From Prochlorococcaceae cyanobacterium jk18x22bins.40 (GTDB taxonomy: Bacteria > Cyanobacteriota > Cyanobacteriia > PCC-6307 > Cyanobiaceae), in the NCBI GenBank assembly GCA_022826155.1, contig JAJDVL010000005.1, positions 1 through 20,070 of the forward strand: a DNA stretch of 20,070 nt, given 5' to 3'. The position numbers were made by a program, and so were the translations under genes. Below, one piece after another: positions 6,894-15,975 of the stretch. Position 1 is the first letter of the stretch. The number at the start of each line of letters is the position of its first letter. The notes beneath the pieces are model-generated. The model saw only the letters and a program-made list of their open reading frames with translations, was not told the origin of the DNA and did not search any database.

Positions 6894-7814
6894 TCACCAA
6901 TCAGCTCCTTTTTTTTGTTGATTAGGTAGTTTATTGAATATATGCCATCCATTTATCTTTTCTTTAGAGTATAACATACGTTCATCCTGCGTGACTCTCT
7001 CCTTGACGATAATTGGTCGGTCAGCAGAAAAGCAGATTTCGCTCAACTTCTCATAATAATTATCTGCTCCATCCTTATTTTGCTGTCCACACCACTCTAC
7101 GATGGACAACATCAAACGTGTGGCATCGGGGAATTGGATCCAGGCTTTCCCATCAACGCAGTACTTCGCCATACGACTTGTTGATCTGCGCTGCCTCGGC
7201 TGATGGTTCATATCTGAAGAGGTTAGCGCAGAACTCACCTGCTGCAACGGTGTATCCACAAGTTCATGGAACGCTTCCTGTGGTTGACGGTTCTGACCCA
7301 AAGCCGGCCCCTGCGCTGTGACAGGCTGTCCCGAAGTCAGATTCGGCCGCCACAGTAGCAACAATTGCAGGGCCAGTTGGTGAGCAGGTGTGTTGATGAT
7401 CTTTACGCTGAGCAAGCGGCGTTCATTCAAGTGGGCAGGCTTGAAAATGTCGTATAGCTCCCAGCAGTCGCCGTTGGTAAGAATAGCATACTTTACTCCT
7501 TCCATGTTTGCATAGGTCAACATCTGATTGCGTTCGCGGTCATTGAGGAAGCTATCAAGGGATTTTGCTTCCACGATGGCTACAGATCCAGGTCTCGGCC
7601 CACCGTCGATCAAAGCGTAGTCGGCTCTGCCTTGGCCCACAGTGTACTCCGGCGTCACCAGACCGGGATCCGACACATCCCATCCCAACGCCGTCAACAA
7701 CGGGTCGATCAATGCTGTCCGTGTACGTATTTCGTTCTGTGAGAGCGACTGGTGGTACATCGTCATGCGCCTTTTGAGCATCTCAATGACGTTGATCAGG
7801 TCGTCAAGCGGCAT
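6894..7814 (-). CDS. HsdR_N-type PD-(D/E)xK nuclease-fold protein, stand-alone (306 aa)
   Basis: NEIRTRTALIDPLLTALGWDVSDPGLVTPEYTVGQGRADYALI...SVAIVEAKSL...QMLTYANMEGVKYAILTNGDCWELYD, matching the type I restriction HsdR N-terminal domain with D and ExK motif residues. Confidence 0.78.
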   Translation of the reverse strand: MPLDDLINVIEMLKRRMTMYHQSLSQNEIRTRTALIDPLLTALGWDVSDPGLVTPEYTVGQGRADYALIDGGPRPGSVAIVEAKSLDSFLNDRERNQMLTYANMEGVKYAILTNGDCWELYDIFKPAHLNERRLLSVKIINTPAHQLALQLLLLWRPNLTSGQPVTAQGPALGQNRQPQEAFHELVDTPLQQVSSALTSSDMNHQPRQRRSTSRMAKYCVDGKAWIQFPDATRLMLSIVEWCGQQNKDGADNYYEKLSEICFSADRPIIVKERVTQDERMLYSKEKINGWHIFNKLPNQQKKGADW

Positions 7815-7842
7815 GTTTTATCGGCATGAGGATAAAATCATA

Positions 7843-9042
7843 TCAGAGACCCGCCGTCAGCCGCGTCTCCGGGGACACGGGTGGGTTCATGGGCAGGGTC
7901 AGGCGCACGGACGCCCCCCCCTCGGGGCGGTTGAGGGCGCGCACGTGCCCCCCGTGGGTGGTGGCAATTTGCTGCACAATGGCCAATCCCAACCCACTGC
8001 CACTCAAGCTGCTGACCCGCGCCCGGGAGGCGTCACCCCGATAGAAACGCTCAAAAGCGTGTTGCAGGTCACGTTCACTGAAACCGGACCCCTGGTCCTC
8101 CACGTCCAGCTTGAGCCAGGTCTGGTCCTCCACGATTTTCACCTGGATGGTGCTGTGGTTGGGGCTATAGCGCAGGGCGTTGTCCAGCAGGTTCAGCAAT
8201 GCCCGTTGCAAACGGGATGGGTCAGCGGGAATCGTGGCTGCCGGACTGGTGCTGGTGACGGTCAGGCCCACATGCCGTAGCTCCGCCAGGGGCAGCAGAA
8301 ACTGCCAGGCCGTCTTCACGTGGTCCTCCACCGTCACGGGCGTGGTGTGGTGTTGCAGCGGCGTGTTTTCCAACCGCGAGAGTTCCAGCAAATTCTCCAC
8401 CAGGCTCTGTAGCCGAACGATTTCCTTCTGCAACCGCTCCATCAACCTGGCTTGGCGGGGATTACAATTTTCCGCCAGACTTTCACTCACCAGCCTCAGG
8501 GCGGTGAGGGGGGTTTTGAGTTCATGGGCCACGTCGCTGACCCAGCGCTCCTGCTGTTCCCTCTGGGCCAGCAGGGCGTGGCGGTTGAGGAGAAAGATGC
8601 CCACCCAACCCTGCTGGCCGGGCAGAGCCACGGCTTCCAGTTGTTCGGTGGTGACGGGTTCCAGGTGGTGGGGATTGCTGCTGGTGGAGGTGAAGACCCA
8701 CTTGATGCGTTGCCGTTGCCCTGTACGGCGCGCCCGATGACTCACCTCTTCCAGTTGATGGCAGCGGATGGCATCCAACAGGGGACGTTGTTCCCGTGCG
8801 GTCCCTTCTCCCTGGAGATGGAGCAGGCTACAGGCCTTGCCGTTCACCAGGCGGATGGTTTGCCGCCGATCCAGGACCAATACCCCCACGGGTGCCTGTC
8901 GCAGCCATTGGAGCATCTGGTCGTCCAAGGGCAAATGGCGCCTTGACGAGCGCTGCCGCTGCACAAGCCATGGGGCCAGCAGCCCCATGCCCACCCCCAG
9001 CAGCAGGGCCACGGCTTCAGCCAAAGCGATACCCGAAGCCAC
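7843..9042 (-). CDS. phoR: Membrane-anchored PAS/HisKA/HATPase sensor histidine kinase, PhoR/SphS-like
   Basis: Single N-terminal TM; H-box WVSDVAHELKTPLTALRL; N-box NLLDNALRYSP; G-boxes DVEDQGSGFS and GSGLGLAIVQQIA. GTG start overlaps the end of the response regulator gene. Confidence 0.75.
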   Translation of the reverse strand: MASGIALAEAVALLLGVGMGLLAPWLVQRQRSSRRHLPLDDQMLQWLRQAPVGVLVLDRRQTIRLVNGKACSLLHLQGEGTAREQRPLLDAIRCHQLEEVSHRARRTGQRQRIKWVFTSTSSNPHHLEPVTTEQLEAVALPGQQGWVGIFLLNRHALLAQREQQERWVSDVAHELKTPLTALRLVSESLAENCNPRQARLMERLQKEIVRLQSLVENLLELSRLENTPLQHHTTPVTVEDHVKTAWQFLLPLAELRHVGLTVTSTSPAATIPADPSRLQRALLNLLDNALRYSPNHSTIQVKIVEDQTWLKLDVEDQGSGFSERDLQHAFERFYRGDASRARVSSLSGSGLGLAIVQQIATTHGGHVRALNRPEGGASVRLTLPMNPPVSPETRLTAGL

Positions 9043-9742
9043 GAACCGTGGTAATCAGCACAGGTTGGCTGGGGTTCTCCTCCAGTTTCTCCCGCAGCCA
9101 GCGGATATGAACATCCACGGTTTTGATGTCGCCGATAAAGTCCGGTCCCCAAATCCTCTCCAGCAGCTTGTCCCGGCTCCAGACGCGGCGGGGATGGCGC
9201 ATGAAAAACTCCAGCAGCTTGTATTGCTTGGGGGGCAAGTTCAGAGGTAGCCCTTTCATGGTGGCGCAATACTCTTCGGGATAAAGCGCCAGCTCCCCGT
9301 GTTTGAGTACATCCACGGCAGGTTGATGGGCGGTGCGGCTGGAGCGACGCAACAGGGCCCGGCAGCGGGCCACCAATTCCCGCATCCCGAAGGGCTTCAC
9401 CAGATAATCGTCTGCTCCCACCTCCAGGCCCACCACCCGGTCGGTTTCCGAGTCCTTGGCGCTCACGATCAGGATGGGGGTGGTGAAGCCGCGACGGCGG
9501 AGGTAGCGGCAGAGATCCAGGCCATGGACACCCGGCATCATCAGATCCAGGAGGATCAAATCAAACTTGCTAGTCTCCGGGGTGTCCTGAAAACGCTCCA
9601 GTGCCCCATTGCCGTGGGCCACGGCGTCCACCAGAAATCCTTCGGCCGTCAGGCTTTCGGCAATGATTTCACGGATGGTGTCGTCGTCTTCCACCAGAAG
9701 AAGCTTGGAAGGGGCCAACGGTGTGGGGGCTTGGATGGCCAA
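9017..9742 (-). CDS. phoB: OmpR/PhoB-family response regulator
   Basis: LLLVEDDDTIREII, DLILLDLMMPGVHGLDLCRYLR, PILIVSAKD, GADDYLVKPF and C-terminal winged helix VWSRDKLLERIWGPDFIGDIKTVDVHIRWLREKLEENPSQPVLITTVRGFGYRFG. Confidence 0.8.
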   Translation of the reverse strand: MAIQAPTPLAPSKLLLVEDDDTIREIIAESLTAEGFLVDAVAHGNGALERFQDTPETSKFDLILLDLMMPGVHGLDLCRYLRRRGFTTPILIVSAKDSETDRVVGLEVGADDYLVKPFGMRELVARCRALLRRSSRTAHQPAVDVLKHGELALYPEEYCATMKGLPLNLPPKQYKLLEFFMRHPRRVWSRDKLLERIWGPDFIGDIKTVDVHIRWLREKLEENPSQPVLITTVRGFGYRFG

Positions 9743-9750
9743 GGCGGTGA

Positions 9751-10245
9751 TCAGCGGCGGGGTTCAAAGAAGTCGAAATCTGCGGCGGCGAAGGTGCCCT
9801 TCTCCACTTGCCCCATGAGGTCCTCCAACTGTTGCCAGAGCCCGGCGCCGGTGGCCACCGCCAGAAGAAGGGCCAGAAAAAAGCTGCTCCCGGCCCCGAA
9901 GCCGAACACTTGCAGACCGGCGCCAATGAACAGGACAGTCCCCACCACGATGCCCCCATAGGGAATCACCGTTGTGAAGCGCCCCAAGGGCAGCAGAGGG
10001 AGACGGTCCTGCTTCCAATCCTCCAGACGCCGGCCAATTTGGCGGGCAAAGGTCAAGCCGCACAACAAGGCCATCAGCAGGCCCATCCCGCTGAGGGCAT
10101 AGGGAGGATGGCTCTGCCAGTGGTAGGGGGCCACCAGAAGCGCGTCCAGTTGCTCCTGCAGTGCTGGACTCACAACATCTTCACCCACAATGCACAGTGC
10201 CGATCGGGTGGGGTGCAGTGTAGGGCAACCCACTAGCAGGGGCAA
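9751..10245 (-). CDS. Conserved-looking small membrane protein of unknown function
   Basis: Hydrophobic segments (YALSGMGLLMALLCGLTFA; VIPYGGIVVGTVLFIGAGLQVFGFGAGSSFFLALLLAVATGAGLW) between well-defined genes on the same strand. Exact start uncertain. Confidence 0.55.
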   Translation of the reverse strand: MPLLVGCPTLHPTRSALCIVGEDVVSPALQEQLDALLVAPYHWQSHPPYALSGMGLLMALLCGLTFARQIGRRLEDWKQDRLPLLPLGRFTTVIPYGGIVVGTVLFIGAGLQVFGFGAGSSFFLALLLAVATGAGLWQQLEDLMGQVEKGTFAAADFDFFEPRR

Positions 10246-10250
10246 CCACC

Positions 10251-11954
10251 TCAGACGGCGAGGGGATTCAGGCGTTTCCAGAGGGACTGGGCCAGACCCT
10301 TGGCCACGTCGGCAGCCCCAAAGTGACGCTGCAGCAGGCTCAGCAACCCCACCAGATCCTGGGTCTGCAGGCGATCGTCCCGCACCAGGGTTTGCAACAA
10401 GCGCTGGCGCAACATCTGGCCATCCGCCGTGAACAGGAGACGGAGTCCGGAACCGGCCAGGGGCAGCACGTCTTGCCCATCCCCCGTGTCCCGGGCAACC
10501 CTCAACAGGCTATCCAGCCGCTCCAGCCGCAGCCGCCCTTCCTGGTCAAAGAGCACGTCCAGCAGCTTGTCCCGCAGCTCCGCCGTATCCGCCGCCAACA
10601 ACCGCCGCGCCACGTAGGGATAGGCCACCCCCACAATCCGAAAACCCGGATCCAGCCGCAGGGCGACACCCTCCTGGCTCACCAGGGCGCGAATGATCAA
10701 GGCAAACCGGGCGGGCACCCTGAAGGGGTAGTCGTACATCAACTCCGAGAAGCGATCCGTCACTTGCTTGAAGTTGAAGTCGCTCACCGCATTGGCCAGC
10801 TTCATGGCCAGCACCTCCCGGAGTGCGGGCACAATGCGCCGCCGGTCCACGTCGGGCCGTAGAAAGCCCAGGCGGATAAAATCGTCCGCCAGGCTCTCGT
10901 AGTCCTTGTTGATCAGATGGATAATAGAGTCCGTGATGATCAGGCGGTCACCCTGACTGATCTCGTCCATCATCCCGAAGTCCACGTAGCCCAGATGGCC
11001 CTTGTCACCTGTCCGGCCAGGCAGGGCAATCAGGTTGCCCGGGTGGGGGTCCGCATGGAAGAAGCCGTGCTCCAGTAACTGCTCCAGTCCCGCGGTCACG
11101 CCCGTGCGAATCAAGGCGGTGGGATCCAGGCCATGGCGGCGCAACTCTTCCGGATCCCGAAGCTTGGGACCTTGTAGCCAGACGGTGGTAAGAATCCGCT
11201 GGCTACTGTGGCTGCCCACCACCGCTGGCGCCATCACCGTTGGATTATCACGGAACTGCTGGGCAAAGCGGCGGGCGTGGCGGGCTTCGGCGTCGTAGTC
11301 GATCTCTTCAAAAAGCTTGCCGCCGAACTCGTCCACGATGGCCGGCAACCCATCCCCCAGGTTAAGGGGTAGGGCAGGGCCGAACACCATGGCAAGAAGC
11401 CGCAGCAGCACCAGATCCCGACGGATCACCGCCTCCAGACCGGGCCGCTGCACCTTCACCGCAACCCAGAGGCCGTTGTTGAGTCGCGCCTTATAGACTT
11501 GCCCCAAAGAGGCGGCGGCAATGGGTTCCTGGGGAAAGGTGCGGAACAACTTGTCCACGGGCTGCCCCAGGTCTGTTTCCACCATCTCCCTTGCGGTATC
11601 CAGGGGGAAGGCCGGCAGTTGATCCTGCAGCTTGGTGAGCTCGTCCAGCCAGGCGCCGGGCACCAGATCGGGGCGGGTGGAGAGGGCCTGGCCCACCTTG
11701 ATGAAGCAGGGGCCAAGCTGGGTAAGGGTTTTCAACACCGTCTGGGCCAGGCGGCTCTGGACCCCGTGGTCCGTGCTGCTCCCCTGGGTCACCAGCCGCA
11801 CCGCCAGCCCGGTGAAGTGCATCAACAGCACCAGAAGACGGCTGATCAACCGCCATGGCCGCAGCAGCAGCCAGAGCAGGTCCCTGCCGTGGTCATAACG
11901 CAGCGGCTGCTCAGCCTGCAATACAGAAGACGCCAAGGGACCTTTGCTCAACAT
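10251..11954 (-). CDS. ABC1/AarF/UbiB family atypical kinase
   Basis: TLTQLGPCFIKVGQALSTRPDLVP, EPIAAASLGQVYKARL, VAVKVQRPGL, HGFFHADPHPGNL and YVDFGMM. Confidence 0.9.
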   Translation of the reverse strand: MLSKGPLASSVLQAEQPLRYDHGRDLLWLLLRPWRLISRLLVLLMHFTGLAVRLVTQGSSTDHGVQSRLAQTVLKTLTQLGPCFIKVGQALSTRPDLVPGAWLDELTKLQDQLPAFPLDTAREMVETDLGQPVDKLFRTFPQEPIAAASLGQVYKARLNNGLWVAVKVQRPGLEAVIRRDLVLLRLLAMVFGPALPLNLGDGLPAIVDEFGGKLFEEIDYDAEARHARRFAQQFRDNPTVMAPAVVGSHSSQRILTTVWLQGPKLRDPEELRRHGLDPTALIRTGVTAGLEQLLEHGFFHADPHPGNLIALPGRTGDKGHLGYVDFGMMDEISQGDRLIITDSIIHLINKDYESLADDFIRLGFLRPDVDRRRIVPALREVLAMKLANAVSDFNFKQVTDRFSELMYDYPFRVPARFALIIRALVSQEGVALRLDPGFRIVGVAYPYVARRLLAADTAELRDKLLDVLFDQEGRLRLERLDSLLRVARDTGDGQDVLPLAGSGLRLLFTADGQMLRQRLLQTLVRDDRLQTQDLVGLLSLLQRHFGAADVAKGLAQSLWKRLNPLAV

Positions 11955-12029
11955 ACGCGCTCTTCAACCTAAAAAGTTTCTTCCGTCCTGGTGGCGGGAA
12001 TAGGGTGAGCGTTGGTTTTTCTGCGTTCC

Positions 12030-13184
12030 ATGCCTGCCCAGGAGTTGATTGCCGCCCTGCCCGTTGCGCTGGCCAAGCTGGTGGGCGGGCTGGTGGTGGT
12101 CTGGCTGCTGGGGCGTGTCGGTCTGGCCACGGCCACACGGCTCACCCGGAGAACCGCCACCAGCATTGATGACTTCATCACCAAGGCAGTCCACAAGGCC
12201 CTGGTGCCCGTGTTCTCCATGGTGGTGGTGGCCTGGGCTTGGGAAGGGATTCCCTATGAGGGAATTGGTGATCGGATCGTCACCGCCATGACCGCTCTAG
12301 TGACCACAGTGGTCATTGTGCAAGCCGCCAACCGCATCCTGGTGCGACTACTGGTCAGTGCTTTTCGTCGAATCGGCAAGGGCGACGATGCCAGTCTGGA
12401 AATCCTCACAGCCCTGAAACCCATGCTGCGAGCCGTGACTTGGATGCTGGGCGGGGTGATCTACTTGCAGTCCCTTGGCATCCCCCTTGGTGCCCTGTGG
12501 GCACTGCTCAGCGCCGGCGGCATCGGTGCCGGCCTGGCACTTCAGAAGCCTGTAGCCGAATTCTTCGAATACATCTACATCCTGATGGATAAGCCGTTCC
12601 GCAACGGAGACTTTCTCCACGTTGGCAACAGCGGCACCTGGGCCAGGGTGGAGCAGGTGGGCATCCACTCCACACGGTTGCGCAGCGTGGACGGGGAGTT
12701 GGTGGTGATGACCAATTCATCCCTGGCCAACCAGACCCTCTCCAACTACACGGTGATGGAGCGCCGCCGCCGCATCTACCGCTTTGGCGTCACCTACGAC
12801 ACCCCCCCTCAGGTGTTGAAGCGGATCCCCACCATGGTGCGGGCCATTGTGGAGGGGGTCAAGGATGCCGACTTCGACCGTTGTCACTTCGTCGAATTTG
12901 GCGCCAGCAGTCTGGATTTTGAACTCTGCTACAACATCCCCACCAACAACTACGTGCAGGCTCTTGATGCCCAGCAGCAGGTGAACGTGGCCCTGGTGCA
13001 AATGTTCGCGGAGCAGGGCATCGAGTTTGCCTTTCCCACACGGACCCTTTATCTCAATGCCCAGGCATCCGGGCACGACTCACCAGCAGGGCAAACCACA
13101 GACAAACTGCCACAACGGCAAACGCCACCCCTGAACCAATCCCCAAGTGGACCATCAACCGTGGCACCACCTGGGGAACGATGA
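12030..13184 (+). CDS. Small-conductance mechanosensitive channel, MscS family
   Basis: GIPLGALWALLSAGGIGAGLALQKPVAEFFEYIYILMDKPFRNGDFLHVGNSGTWARVEQVGIHSTRLRSVDGELVVMTNSSLANQTLSNYT, the MscS pore helix and beta domain. Confidence 0.88.
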   Translation: MPAQELIAALPVALAKLVGGLVVVWLLGRVGLATATRLTRRTATSIDDFITKAVHKALVPVFSMVVVAWAWEGIPYEGIGDRIVTAMTALVTTVVIVQAANRILVRLLVSAFRRIGKGDDASLEILTALKPMLRAVTWMLGGVIYLQSLGIPLGALWALLSAGGIGAGLALQKPVAEFFEYIYILMDKPFRNGDFLHVGNSGTWARVEQVGIHSTRLRSVDGELVVMTNSSLANQTLSNYTVMERRRRIYRFGVTYDTPPQVLKRIPTMVRAIVEGVKDADFDRCHFVEFGASSLDFELCYNIPTNNYVQALDAQQQVNVALVQMFAEQGIEFAFPTRTLYLNAQASGHDSPAGQTTDKLPQRQTPPLNQSPSGPSTVAPPGER

Positions 13185-13220
13185 TCACCCCCGCCAGGGG
13201 GAGGAGTTTCCACACCCGTC

Positions 13221-14360
13221 TCAAAACCACTCCCCTACAGCGTCTGAGGCGGTGTTGGTGTTGTCGCAGGGGGTTGTGCGCTGGAAGGCCATGGTGACTT
13301 CACGCTTCTGCTCCCCATCGGCCGCCACCGCCTTGATGGCATAGTGCTGCTGGCCATCGCGGAAGGGCACCTGGATGCGGAAGGTGCCTTCCGGTGTGAG
13401 GGGCACCGGCTCTTCACCGATGGTAAGGGAGGCGGAAGGATCGGTGGCGCCGTAGACAATGAGTTCGGCATCCGCCACCAGCCAGAAGGAGCGCTGGCGC
13501 GCCATCCCGGCGCCGGAGTCCGTACGACCACTAGCCCAGATGCCGGCGGCGGAATCGGAGAACCCGGCTTGCTCCTCTTGTTCTCCAAGTTCCGGCACCG
13601 GTTGCTGGAACACTTCCGAGCCTTGCCTGCGGAGAGAGAAGCCAGTGGCCACCTGGTAGAGCCGTTCGTGAATGGTGCTGTCCAGAGGGGCCTCCTCCGG
13701 GGTGGGCAGGGGGATGGGGGTGGCGGTATCCAGGGAAAACGGCACAAACTGATCCAGAATCTGCTGGCTGGGCTTGGCTGCAGGCACCCTTGCCTTGGCG
13801 GAGAACGCCACGGACAGCCAGCCGGCATCCTCAAGCCGGAAACCCAGCTCAACCCGGTAATCCCGATTGCTGAGGGGCATCGGCACATGCCAATCCGTGA
13901 CGTTTGCATCCACAGGCACCTCCTGGAGGGTGTGGGGATGGGCAGCGCCCTCCCCCAGGCCTGTCACGTCACTGACCCGCAAGCACAGTTGCTGGGCTCC
14001 AGCTTTCTCGGCAGCCTTGCGTGTTTCCGGGGACATCTCCCAGAAGACGTAGCCCCACTCCGGGTCACGGGGCAAGAAGACAACGCGGTCATTGTCTTCG
14101 GGAACTGTCGATGTCTCTGCTTCGGGCTGGGGCTGAGGCGCAGCAACGGCACCGTTCCTCTGCACGAATTCGGAACCTTTGGATTCAGAGGCCTGGGGTG
14201 ACGCCGGGTCTTCGGCCTCTGATGAATGCTGGCCAATCTCTTGAACCAGAGAATTTTTGCTTTTGCGGCTATAGAGGCTGACGCCCAGTTGACTGGCAAT
14301 GGCGCGGAGTTGCCTCAGGGTGAGGCGTGCCAAGGAGGAAAGGGGAGGAAGATCGGCCAT
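13221..14360 (-). CDS. DUF4912 domain-containing protein
   Basis: N-terminal Rho-N/SAP-like LTLRQLRAIASQLGVSLYSRKSKNSLVQEI, then DRVVFLPRDPEWGYVFWEMSPETRKAAEKAG...LCLRVSDVTG typical of cyanobacterial DUF4912 proteins. Confidence 0.78.
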   Translation of the reverse strand: MADLPPLSSLARLTLRQLRAIASQLGVSLYSRKSKNSLVQEIGQHSSEAEDPASPQASESKGSEFVQRNGAVAAPQPQPEAETSTVPEDNDRVVFLPRDPEWGYVFWEMSPETRKAAEKAGAQQLCLRVSDVTGLGEGAAHPHTLQEVPVDANVTDWHVPMPLSNRDYRVELGFRLEDAGWLSVAFSAKARVPAAKPSQQILDQFVPFSLDTATPIPLPTPEEAPLDSTIHERLYQVATGFSLRRQGSEVFQQPVPELGEQEEQAGFSDSAAGIWASGRTDSGAGMARQRSFWLVADAELIVYGATDPSASLTIGEEPVPLTPEGTFRIQVPFRDGQQHYAIKAVAADGEQKREVTMAFQRTTPCDNTNTASDAVGEWF

Positions 14361-14466
14361 CTCTAAAGAAAGGCTTTGGGATCACTATGGAGAGATTTTG
14401 CCAAAGTCACAACCATTCGGTCGCCATCGGTGAGGCTTCCCTAACCGTGTCTCCCATCCCCGTGGC

Positions 14467-15225
14467 TCAGATCTTGCGATAGCGCACCTTGCTCATGTAA
14501 TCGAAGGACGTGTTGGTGCTGCCGCCGGCAACACACCGGGTTGCGCCCACGGCGCCAACCCAGGCGCGGTAGTCGTTGGGATTACCGCCACGGCTTACCC
14601 TGGCTCGGGAAGGCAACTTCTTGGTAGCAGCACCGACAAAAACAGCCCTGGGGAAGCCCAGAATACCGCGCCAGTAGGACTCGTAGCGAGGAGACTTGAT
14701 GTTGAACGGCGTTTCTCCCAACTCGCGCCCCGGCAGCACCCGGTGACGCTGGTAGGGGACCGTGTCGTAGCCAAAGTTATCGATGTACTCCTGGGAATCC
14801 AGCAGGGCGTCCACGAGTCCCACCAGACCCTTGTTGCAGATGACGATGGACCAGGCAATGGTTTCCGCCTGGCCATGGACATCCCGCCCCAGAACCCGCT
14901 GCACCATCTGGGTCACCACTTGGTAATTGCTGTTGAAGCGGTAGAAGGAGCTTCTGAAGGTGTCCGAGAGCAGGAGGCCGCGGATAAAATCCCGCACCGT
15001 GATCTGGTTATTGCGCAGTTGGGACTCCAGAAAGGCGTCCCGGCTATACTTGAAGGCGTGGAAGAAAATCTGCCGATAGGCCGCTTCAATGAGGGCCGTG
15101 TAGTCGGCGTCGCTGAGCACCTTCTGGGTGCTGAAGATGCGTGCCTGGTCATCGTCAGCACCCCCGTAGTCTTTCACCCGGGAATTCTGGGTTTCAAGGG
15201 CGTAGTTGAGAAGCGGAAGTGCCAC
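14467..15225 (-). CDS. cpcG: Phycobilisome rod-core linker polypeptide
   Basis: MALPLLNYALETQNSRVKDYG..., EAAYRQIFFHAFKYSRDAFLESQLRNNQITVRDFIRGLLLSDTFRSSFYRFNSNYQVV...LGRDVHG, PBS linker domain with rod-core linker N-terminus. Confidence 0.93.
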   Translation of the reverse strand: MALPLLNYALETQNSRVKDYGGADDDQARIFSTQKVLSDADYTALIEAAYRQIFFHAFKYSRDAFLESQLRNNQITVRDFIRGLLLSDTFRSSFYRFNSNYQVVTQMVQRVLGRDVHGQAETIAWSIVICNKGLVGLVDALLDSQEYIDNFGYDTVPYQRHRVLPGRELGETPFNIKSPRYESYWRGILGFPRAVFVGAATKKLPSRARVSRGGNPNDYRAWVGAVGATRCVAGGSTNTSFDYMSKVRYRKI

Positions 15226-15317
15226 GGGTCACCGGCTCGGTACGGGTTGGATGCTAGAGGACAATCCGCTGAGACATGGTCGGCAGAGTGCGGTGGAATC
15301 ACAGTCCTTAACGTTGC

Positions 15318-15938
15318 TCACCAGCCCAGGGCGGCCTGCCGCAGTGCTGTGTCCGGCGGTGGATCGGGTGCCGGTTCAGGTCCAATGGTGTCTTGAATCC
15401 GGGTTTCAACAGACAGGGACGCCGTATTGGAGAGCCCCTCCACCGTGCTGGTGCGTAGACGCACCTGGGGGCTGACGAACCAGAAACGTTCCCGGCTGTG
15501 CATGGTCTCGTAGGCGGTGATCAACTCCAGGCCATCCTCGTCGTCCATGCGGAACTGTCCCGCCACCGTTGCGGTCTCGGCATAGCCACGGTCCCGCAGC
15601 AGCTTTCCCTGGCGACCGTGGTCGTCGGTGGGAATCAGGGCAAAGACCGTCTCTCCCTGATGATCCTCTCCGGCCCGGTCCCAGGCCATGGACCCTAGCC
15701 AACGCACATGGCAGCCGCCCCGGACGGCCTCGGGCGATTCGCCGTGAAGACGGGCAATGGCCGCCAAGCGCCCGTCCTCCGGGGCCAGGGTGACCACCTC
15801 GATGTGGCTGATACCTGCCTCGGTGCGGCGGTGGAGTAAATGATGGCTGGTGCGCTGGGAACGCCAACGGCCCGCACTGCGGGCAAAGAAGGCCATGGCG
15901 TCGGGAATGGGCTCCACAGTTGCCTCCTGTTGCCGCAA
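15318..15938 (-). CDS. CpcS/CpeS-family phycobiliprotein (bilin) lyase
   Basis: AFFARSAGRWRSQRTSHHLLHRRTEAGISHIEV...RWLGSMAWDRAGEDHQGETVFALIPTDDHGRQGKLLRDRGYAE...RFWFVSPQVRLRTSTV. Confidence 0.87.
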   Translation of the reverse strand: MRQQEATVEPIPDAMAFFARSAGRWRSQRTSHHLLHRRTEAGISHIEVVTLAPEDGRLAAIARLHGESPEAVRGGCHVRWLGSMAWDRAGEDHQGETVFALIPTDDHGRQGKLLRDRGYAETATVAGQFRMDDEDGLELITAYETMHSRERFWFVSPQVRLRTSTVEGLSNTASLSVETRIQDTIGPEPAPDPPPDTALRQAALGW

Positions 15939-15975
15939 AATAACTGCCTCTGGGGAACTCTAGGGCTTCAACCCG

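Noticed and set aside
11499-11972. 157-aa plus-strand ORF and similar antisense ORFs over the UbiB-family gene
   Set aside because: Antisense shadow ORFs with no recognisable domain.
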